From NCBI GenBank assembly GCA_965277805.1, contig OZ255842.1:1120001-1184000 (forward strand): a stretch of DNA of 64,000 nucleotides, read 5' to 3'. The notes below the pieces were generated by a model. It saw only the letters and a program-made list of their open reading frames with translations, was not told the origin of the DNA and made no database searches. Made by a program: the position numbers and the translations under genes. Source of the DNA: Candidatus Lustribacter sp. Lineage in GTDB: Bacteria; Vulcanimicrobiota; Vulcanimicrobiia; Vulcanimicrobiales; Vulcanimicrobiaceae. Below are positions 58,101 to 64,000 of the stretch, piece after piece (position 1 is the first letter of the stretch; every line of letters starts with the position of its first letter).

Positions 58101-58612
58101 CAGTGGATCACGTCGCGAACGTGTTGCGTCTGATAGATCGTGTCATCGGCATCGTATGGATGCCGTTCGAGGATGCCGGTGAACATGAGGAAACTGATCG
58201 CCATCAGCGACCCGTCGCTGAGCGCTTGCACGACGACGTAATCCAGCAATCGCGGAACGAACTGGTTCTGGATGTCGGTTTTTGCTAAGTAGTCGCCGGC
58301 TACGGCGAAGCCGCCGGCGATACCGTCGATCTCGCCAAAGATCTTGACGACTTCTTCGAGGAGTGCCGCATAATCGCCGGCTAGCGTTACTCCGCCGGTT
58401 CCGGCGGAAATGCTGCCGTTCAATGCCTCGATCGCGTCGACCAGTGCGCCGAGATCGAGTGCGGCTAGACCGATGTCGGCGCCGCCCGGCGGCATTTGCC
58501 AGCCGAGATTCGCCAACAGCGTAGCCGGCCCGCTGTCGCCGATCATCTGCTCGTGCACGATCTTGAGGCTGTTGCCGATGCGTTCGATGGCCTGGTCGAG
58601 CGAGGACGGCAT
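55115..58612 (-). CDS. DUF6603 domain-containing protein
   Basis: Helical N-terminus, then a long Gly/aromatic beta-rich region: FKPPNGLG...ISGGGYL...YAG.L; PVQLSFGFTLNGVGGL.GINR; FGPM..LGWG; GGLNPRF; YFAVTSNSVQFGA; GFD.LF.FEPF.F; GPRPWHV.G. Confidence 0.78.
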   Translation of the reverse strand: MPSSLDQAIERIGNSLKIVHEQMIGDSGPATLLANLGWQMPPGGADIGLAALDLGALVDAIEALNGSISAGTGGVTLAGDYAALLEEVVKIFGEIDGIAGGFAVAGDYLAKTDIQNQFVPRLLDYVVVQALSDGSLMAISFLMFTGILERHPYDADDTIYQTQHVRDVIHWDLLPKVFGDFPGLLKDVYGWGTATFSPDAAVSALGALLMGISLPNRVRALPRQAESLIAGHDVPEADTKPSTQLLLSVLRSLDDVPVDVGVSFIALRPSTAGGTDAGLAIVPYAHGGGSETIPLSDTVNFVIDATLDVQSGLAFVFRAGSPPKILNNLTSAAAVASALDGHLLFSIAYAPSGGAATPVLTLTDGIGIEAKQLSLGGGADISGGVLSPSGFAKITGGRFFVDSSQMDSFLASIIPISLSVNFDFGVGWSAANGFFFTGNASTALTIPLHVSAGPFDLDTLHVELAVGGSGGSSSNALPVEISLTGSATLGPFSVSVDRIGLELIVTFARGNLGPLDFALAFKPPNGLGMELDAGLISGGGYLSIDTVKHRYAGVLECSIADIVQVKIIGVLDTVLPDGSSGFSLLLIITTEFPPVQLSFGFTLNGVGGLGGINRTMALDALRAGLRAHTLDSILFPADPVNNAPQIISNIEAFFPPAEGRYLFGPMFELGWGTPTLITLSLGVILEIPDPIRIAILGEIKAALPDQDVALIALNIDVLGTIDFGAQLFSIDGTMYDSYVLVFSISGDLGMRLSWGDNPNFAFSLGGLNPRFTPPPGFPQLARCTVAIGDGDNPRLSSNSYFAVTSNSVQFGANVDLYAAAGGFSVHGWIGFDCLFIFEPFSFEFDFSAGLDIQYDGDSIASISVDGMVSGPRPWHVHGDAHLHILFIDVSASVDISWGDSTPVALPAAAVLPDLTAALGDQQNWSTVMPAEAAPSISLAPRAPGDTSLVVHPLGTLQVREKVVPLDQVITKYGNARPSDGNEFSISDVAIGSTLHPAIAPITDQFAIGQFTDLTDDQKLSAQSYQPMHAGVSIGSDTAVYSKDVPCIVAYQDGYIDQDESPLRLGARYLMPLATHLAYARNGANFRNGTRTKGVRAFTTPGTTSAVTVNAMQYVIASTTDLSVRTDILASAATHYGATNALAAYRAANPADGADLQILPLSEVAA

Positions 58613-60627
58613 TATTTAATCCAGGCACCCGACTTGAACGAGAAGGGGCGGGATTCTTCGATCAGCGCGAGCGTCGTGCCGTCGACCTTCACACCGTTGC
58701 GAGTGAGGTAGTCCTTCCAACTCCACGTGGGATCGGTGGGATACTCAATCACGCGCCCGAGCCCGTCAGACGGTGCACTCGCGGGCGAACTCGTGAGCGC
58801 CGCGATTTTGCCCTTCGAACTGTTTCGCCAGAGCGTCATAAATTTCGCTCCGTCGCCCGCGCCGCTCGAGGTAAGGTCGCCGGACGCCGGATCGCTGTAG
58901 CCCAGGTGTTCGCTCCAGAGGCGGCGCCGCAGCACGTCGACCGCATCGGAATTCGGTTGACCGTCAATGCCGTTGAAGATCAGGTAGTTCAGCTCGTGAT
59001 TGCGGTTGTCGCCGAACTGGTAGGCGTGGAAGAGCTGGAAATAATCGAGCGACGCCCCGTCGAGATTCGCCGAACCGACGGTCGCCCAAGTGTTATCTAC
59101 GATGGCTACTTTCGCGTGCACGTAGTTGGGCATGATTTTGCCGGCTTCTTGCGACCAGGCGGTAAAGAAGCCGATGCGGGTGGCGTCGGCGGCAAGTTTG
59201 TCGCGGATCTCCTTGATCAGCGCACACTGCCACTTCGCGTAAAACGGAATGTCCGGAATGACGTTTACCAAGATGATCGCGTTGAGCGCCGGCTTCGCTT
59301 TGATCGCGGCGATGAGCGCTTTGCCGATCGTCTCGTTGGTGAAATATTGGTTCTCGAAGTAAATGAATTCCGTCGCGTTTTCGATCGCGCGCAAGTACGC
59401 CTCGAGCACCCCTTGCTCGCCGTTGTCCAGCGGCGCCGGGAACGCACCGCCGTTGAGCGTGCGGACGAGTTGTAAGCTCGCGGCATATTCGCCGGTGCCG
59501 GGCGTCGCGGCGGGAACCGCTGGAATCGCCGCGATCTCTGCCGTTCCCTTTGCCGTGTTCCAATGCAAACGGAACGCCTCGTGCATGTCGTTGACCGCGG
59601 GACCGCGGACGCCGAGACTCACGTCGTGAATCGGAATGTCGGGATGCCATCCGCGTCGCGGCTCGTCGATGTTGTGCGTCGACGCGTCATAGTACGGCTG
59701 CGTGAAGGGCGAGCCCGTGACGATGACCTCGTTTTGATCGACCATCACCATCTTGGCGTGAAGGCGATTGAAAAGCGTGCGCGGGAACCCGAGGACCGAC
59801 GCTGCCGGCGCCGCGGTCTTGTAGTACTTTTGAACGTCGCCTTCCGAACCGGTCGGATGCGACGTGAGTAGACCGGCGGCCTTGCCCGCCGAATAGGCGA
59901 TGGTCTTGATGTTGATGATCGCCAGCACGAGCAGAATCGGCAACGTCAGCAGGACCAGCAGCGCTTCGCCGAAGATCGTGAAGTACGTCGTCCACGATGC
60001 GGTGTCGATGAGCATGCGAACCGTTGCGGGCTTTGCGGCGAGCGCTTTGAGCTGTACTTCCAGCACTTTGTCGGTGCTGTCCACGGCGCGCAGGGTGTCT
60101 TTGTCGAGCTTCGAGACGAAGTCGAGCACGATGCCGGGTTCATCTTTGTGCGGCACATCGAGCTCGAGCTGCATGATGTTGACTTCCGTCGCGGCGACAT
60201 CTAGCCGCGTGGCGACGTAGCCCCAGGCTTCTTCCGAATCGACCAGCGGACGGACGACATTGCCTTGGCTCAGGTATGGGAGCGGTTGCGCAGCCGGCAG
60301 GCCGAGCGTGACCGCCCAACCTTTGGCATCACGTTGGGCGATCGTGATTTGGCCGAAATCGAGGGTGCCGGAGACATCATCTTTCTCGACCGGCTTGATC
60401 AGGTCGCGGGTGCCGTTGAGGATGCGCAGCCGCAGCTTGCGGGCGCCGTACAAGCTAGCGAGCGCATCGTCGCCGTAGGGGCCGAGGGAGATTGCCCCGC
60501 TCGTGACTGCTACCGTCGCGAGATCCGTGTCGAACAGCGCGGAGATGTCGGTGAGCGTCGCGGTGAGGGCGACGGTCAGCGGATTCCCAGACTCATCGAC
60601 GATCTTGCCGGTAGCGCTGGTACTCAT
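58612..60627 (-). CDS. Phospholipase D family protein (two HKD motifs)
   Basis: HAKMVMVD and YVHAKVAIVD...VGSANLD; HDV...RGPAV; AIENATEFIYFENQYF; LRRRLWSEHLG; GGAGGAG RBS. Confidence 0.92.
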   Translation of the reverse strand: MSTSATGKIVDESGNPLTVALTATLTDISALFDTDLATVAVTSGAISLGPYGDDALASLYGARKLRLRILNGTRDLIKPVEKDDVSGTLDFGQITIAQRDAKGWAVTLGLPAAQPLPYLSQGNVVRPLVDSEEAWGYVATRLDVAATEVNIMQLELDVPHKDEPGIVLDFVSKLDKDTLRAVDSTDKVLEVQLKALAAKPATVRMLIDTASWTTYFTIFGEALLVLLTLPILLVLAIINIKTIAYSAGKAAGLLTSHPTGSEGDVQKYYKTAAPAASVLGFPRTLFNRLHAKMVMVDQNEVIVTGSPFTQPYYDASTHNIDEPRRGWHPDIPIHDVSLGVRGPAVNDMHEAFRLHWNTAKGTAEIAAIPAVPAATPGTGEYAASLQLVRTLNGGAFPAPLDNGEQGVLEAYLRAIENATEFIYFENQYFTNETIGKALIAAIKAKPALNAIILVNVIPDIPFYAKWQCALIKEIRDKLAADATRIGFFTAWSQEAGKIMPNYVHAKVAIVDNTWATVGSANLDGASLDYFQLFHAYQFGDNRNHELNYLIFNGIDGQPNSDAVDVLRRRLWSEHLGYSDPASGDLTSSGAGDGAKFMTLWRNSSKGKIAALTSSPASAPSDGLGRVIEYPTDPTWSWKDYLTRNGVKVDGTTLALIEESRPFSFKSGAWIK

Positions 60628-60708
60628 GCTCCTCCGAATGGCAGGCCGCTTGGTACGCCGTTGTACTACGGCATCATGCGCCGTCCCTGGGAGTTGCCTG
60701 GGAAGAGT

Positions 60709-62433
60709 TTAGGGCCAGATGAGGCCGGCGGTGACGACGCGCGTCGTCCCGTCGCGGCGCGTTCCGGCAACGATGCGCGTGTGTGTTCCGAGCGGCACGC
60801 TGACGTCGCCTTCGATGTTGCCGTTGCGCCAGATCGCATCGACGCGCATCACGTTGCCGGCGGTGAGCCAGGTGACGTTGCGGTCGAGGCTCTGCACGCC
60901 CGTCGCGTAGACGCCGCCGCCGTAGGTCGTGCCGCTGTCGTGCGAGATCAGCACCCACGAGCGCACCGCGAGCGACGGCGCGATCTGCCACACCGTTGAG
61001 ACGCCGCTCCCGCCGGTGGTGCCGTACGTCGGCCCGGTGACGGTTTGCCGGAAGGCCATCAGGTCGATGCGGAAGCGATTGTCGTCATCGAAACCGGCGC
61101 CCGCGTCGAGCAACTGCGAGCGGTTGACGGCCGAACCGTAGCCGTATCCGAGCGGCGGCGCGAGCAGCAGATACAGCGGCGTCGTGAGCAACGTGTCCAC
61201 GCTGTCGGCGTGCACCTCGAACGCCGACCCGATGCGCGTCGATGCGGTGAGGATCGGCAGCACCGCGCCGCTCGTCGTGCTCGCGCCACGCAGCGACTCG
61301 CCGTCGTTCGCGGCGGCCAGCGACGCGAAGAGCCGCGTGCGCCCGTCGTCGTGCAGCACTTGCACGTACGCGCGCGCATCGTAGTCCACGCCGCTGCCGT
61401 AGCCGATGAAGTCTGACTGGCGCTGCGCGCGCACGCCGTACGTCAGTTCTCCCGAACGCATGGTGAGCGAGGCGATGCTATCGTTCTCCGGACCGTTGAG
61501 ATCGGTCGAACGCGTCATGCTCAGCGCCGTACTGAAGGTCGATGCCCCCACCGGCACGGCGTACGAGCCGGAAAAACCCGCCGCGCTGACGCCGATGGCG
61601 CTCGCGGAAATCGCGCGCAGATCGAGCGTCCCGCCGCCGGCCGGCAGCGTGCCGTCGAGTACGCCGCGCGTTGCCGCGTACGCGCCGCCGGCCGTGGAGA
61701 ACGCACCGCGCAGATCGTTGCCGCCGCGCAGCACGAGGTCGCCGCCGGCCCCGGCGTCGCCGCGCGCGAATCCGGCCGACTGATCGAGGGTGTCGATCGA
61801 GAACAAGCCGCCGGCGCTGTTGGATGCGTAGGCATTCGCTTGCGACGGATCGGTCTCCGAAATCGTCGAGGCGGCGTGCGCCGGAATGCGTGTGCCGAGA
61901 TCCTCGTCATCGCTCGTGCGGTAGAGCGCGAAACCGTCGCTGACCACGGTGCCTTGCGCGCCGCCGAGGCCGCGATCGCTGATCGCGCCGCCGTTCGCGA
62001 CGACGAACGGCATCAGCGCGGCCATCTTCGAGACGTTGTAGTAGGGCAGCACGAGCGCGTCGGCGGCCGAGATCCCGCGGTCGCGCAAGACTGCGAAGCG
62101 CTTCACCACGGCCACCACCGGAGCGCCGGGCACGCGTGCCACGGTTACGCGCATGCAGTAGGTGCAGCGCACGTCGACGCTCGCGACGTCGCCGGCGGAG
62201 TCCACGGCGAACGTCCCGTCCGCGGCCGTCGTGCCGCTCCCGGCCGGTTTGCCCCCCGGTCCACGCAGGGTCACGGTGCCGCCCTGAACGGGGTAGCCGT
62301 CGGTATCGCGGACCACGCCGACGACTAGGTCGGCTGCAAGAGCAAGCGAGGGTGTGGCCAGCAACATACATGCCGCCAGGCCCAGAGTTTTCAGAATTGT
62401 CTTACGTTCTCGGTGTACGATAGGGGTGTGCAA
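60709..62433 (-). CDS. Carboxypeptidase-regulatory-like domain outer-membrane protein (reduced TonB-receptor-like); start uncertain
   Basis: Signal; VVGVVRDTDGYPVQGGTV...TAADGTF; plug-like SDRGLG...DGF; alternating beta strands to the C-terminus. Confidence 0.65.
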   Translation of the reverse strand: MHTPIVHRERKTILKTLGLAACMLLATPSLALAADLVVGVVRDTDGYPVQGGTVTLRGPGGKPAGSGTTAADGTFAVDSAGDVASVDVRCTYCMRVTVARVPGAPVVAVVKRFAVLRDRGISAADALVLPYYNVSKMAALMPFVVANGGAISDRGLGGAQGTVVSDGFALYRTSDDEDLGTRIPAHAASTISETDPSQANAYASNSAGGLFSIDTLDQSAGFARGDAGAGGDLVLRGGNDLRGAFSTAGGAYAATRGVLDGTLPAGGGTLDLRAISASAIGVSAAGFSGSYAVPVGASTFSTALSMTRSTDLNGPENDSIASLTMRSGELTYGVRAQRQSDFIGYGSGVDYDARAYVQVLHDDGRTRLFASLAAANDGESLRGASTTSGAVLPILTASTRIGSAFEVHADSVDTLLTTPLYLLLAPPLGYGYGSAVNRSQLLDAGAGFDDDNRFRIDLMAFRQTVTGPTYGTTGGSGVSTVWQIAPSLAVRSWVLISHDSGTTYGGGVYATGVQSLDRNVTWLTAGNVMRVDAIWRNGNIEGDVSVPLGTHTRIVAGTRRDGTTRVVTAGLIWP

Positions 62434-62670
62434 CGCGTTCTCACGCCGGCAGTCCTGCTTGTTACCGCGCTCCTCACCCTAGGAGCAGCGGCCGGGATCG
62501 CCTATGCCGCCGAGGGTGGTTTCGACGTTGCCACGCTGGTTGAACCGAGCGCGCCGGCCGGTCTGCTGCCCACGATCACGATCGAGGGCCGCAAGGGCTG
62601 GGCGTGCACTGCCGAGCGCAATGCGACGGCCTCGAAACTTCCGGACGCGGCGCTTCCCACCGGCCATTGA
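62428..62670 (+). CDS. Small hypothetical exported/membrane protein
   Basis: Hydrophobic N-terminus ending AYA; its stop overlaps the TPR gene start (TGATG). Confidence 0.45.
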   Translation: MQRVLTPAVLLVTALLTLGAAAGIAYAAEGGFDVATLVEPSAPAGLLPTITIEGRKGWACTAERNATASKLPDAALPTGH

Positions 62671-63485
62671 TGTTTCGGATCGCCGCCTGCGCGCTGCTCG
62701 TGACGGCGTTCGCACCGACTATCGTTCTCGCGCAAGCCTATCCGGCGGCGACCCCGGTCGCGCGCACGACCTCGCCGGCGCAGCTCGACGCGCTGGCCCG
62801 CGACCGCGAAGTCGTCGAACGCTTCCGGCGCGGCCTCGATGCCGCCGCAAAGTCTGACTGGAAGACGTCCGCGGCCGAATTCACGCGCGTCGTCGCGCTC
62901 GATCCGGCCGAACCGCGCGGTTCGACCGCACAGTACAACCTCGGTATTGCGCAAGCGCACTTGGGTCAGTTCGCTGCTGCGGAAGCGGCCTTCGGCGAAG
63001 CGCTCAAGCGCGATCCGGGCTTCGCTGCGGCGGCCGCCAATCTCGTCGATACGGCACTGCAGGCCGGCGATCTCGCACTTGCGCGCACCGCCGCCGATCG
63101 CTTCATCGCGATCGCGCCGACGTCGCTGCGCGCACGGTACAGCCGCGGCCTCGTCGCCCTCAAGCAGAACGATCTTGCCTCCGCCCGGGCCGATTTCGCC
63201 GCGCTTTCCGCGGCCGCGCCGTCATACGCGCTCGCGCACTACGATCTCGCCGTCACCGAGGTGCGTTCCGGCGACTACGCTGCGGCGCAAACCGAGTTGA
63301 AGGCGGCGCTGGCGCTGAGCCCCGGGTATGCGCGGGCGCGCTTTGCGCTCGCGACGCTGCTGTTGCGAGCCGACCATCGCGCCGAAGCGAACGCCAACCT
63401 CGCGCGCGTGATTCAGGACGCCGACGATCCCTCACTTCGTGCGCTGGCGCTCAGCCTGCGCGACCGCTTGAATGCCCCGCAATGA
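62670..63485 (+). CDS. Tetratricopeptide repeat protein, exported
   Basis: Signal; AQYNLGIA...A...F..AL..DP; ARYSRGL; AHYDLA; ARFALA. Confidence 0.88.
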   Translation: MFRIAACALLVTAFAPTIVLAQAYPAATPVARTTSPAQLDALARDREVVERFRRGLDAAAKSDWKTSAAEFTRVVALDPAEPRGSTAQYNLGIAQAHLGQFAAAEAAFGEALKRDPGFAAAAANLVDTALQAGDLALARTAADRFIAIAPTSLRARYSRGLVALKQNDLASARADFAALSAAAPSYALAHYDLAVTEVRSGDYAAAQTELKAALALSPGYARARFALATLLLRADHRAEANANLARVIQDADDPSLRALALSLRDRLNAPQ

Positions 63486-63513
63486 ATCTGCTGCAACCCA
63501 CCCTGGAGGAAAC

Positions 63514-64000
63514 GTGCGCGTCCTGCTGATCGAAGACGATGCGGAGATCGCCGAAGGCGTGCGATCGATACTCGAGCGTCGCAAGTTTGCGGTGCAGGTA
63601 ACGCGCGACGGCGACGAAGGTTTCGAGGCGCTCTCGCACGATCGCTTCGACGTTGCAATCGTCGACATCGGATTGCCCAAACGCGACGGCTTCGCGGTCG
63701 CGCGCCAAGCACGAGCCGCCGGCATTCAGACGCCGATGCTGATGCTCACCGCGCGCGATGCCGTGGAAGACCGCGTGCGCGGACTCGACGCGGGCGCCGA
63801 CGATTATCTGGTCAAGCCGTTCGTCGAAGAAGAATTGCACGCGCGGTTGCGCGCCTTGTTGCGGCGCGGACCGATGCCGGTGCGCGATCGCTTCGCCGTC
63901 GGCGATCTGGTGGTCGATTCGGGCGGGCGGACCTGCGAGGTTGCGGGCAAGCCCGTGCGGCTCGCGGCTACCGAATTCCGGGTCCTCGAGTACCTCGCGG
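63514..64000 (+). CDS. OmpR-family response regulator (3'-partial)
   Basis: GGAGG RBS then GTG; RVLLIEDD...VDIGLPKRDG...LMLTARDAVEDRVRGLDAGADDYLVKPF..EEL.ARLRALLRR...TEFRVLEYL. Not in the ORF track because it runs off the end. Confidence 0.93.
   Translation, partial: MRVLLIEDDAEIAEGVRSILERRKFAVQVTRDGDEGFEALSHDRFDVAIVDIGLPKRDGFAVARQARAAGIQTPMLMLTARDAVEDRVRGLDAGADDYLVKPFVEEELHARLRALLRRGPMPVRDRFAVGDLVVDSGGRTCEVAGKPVRLAATEFRVLEYLA

Noticed and set aside
58612-60627. Cardiolipin synthase or PLD-nuclease (restriction/DISARM DrmC-type) call
   Set aside because: It lacks the N-terminal Cls TM pair, has two HKD motifs with lipase-type flanks, and no helicase or methylase neighbours.

Overview
GC-rich, gene-dense bacterial DNA. 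The gene style (many orphan solute-binding proteins, carboxypeptidase-regulatory/TonB-type receptors, Uma2, YXWGXW protein) is reminiscent of Eremiobacterota/Vulcanimicrobiota-type soil bacteria; this is inference only. Five blocks: (1) 1-14656: the distal end of an extracellular contractile injection system (eCIS)-like locus. It has two baseplate J-like genes, a tail/baseplate wedge gene and a DUF6519 beta-helix protein. These are followed by a promoter-structured RNA-terminator element, a DUF4157 (HELAH) protein with a C-terminal PD-(D/E)XK nuclease-like domain, a GT9-methyltransferase fusion and a convergent BTAD/SARP regulator. (2) 14.8-24.8 kb: accessory genes (YihY, Uma2, SBP plus paired cupins, AsmA, DoxX, CocE/NonD, GlcG/HbpS, SBP). 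(3) 24.9-34.6 kb: a Wsp-like chemosensory cluster divergent from a TonB-dependent receptor-MCP pair. (4) 36.7-45.8 kb: a TetR-controlled aromatic catabolism cluster (LigB-like, LigJ-like, Rieske oxygenase, class II aldolase, SBPs). (5) 45816-60627: a 14.8-kb translationally coupled operon of phospholipase D, DUF6603 and three large proteins of unknown function, the best candidate for an undescribed system. The window ends in a TonB-like gene, a TPR gene and a partial OmpR-type regulator. No rRNA, complete tRNA, CRISPR array, integrase or transposase was seen. All family calls come from motif recognition, not database searches.
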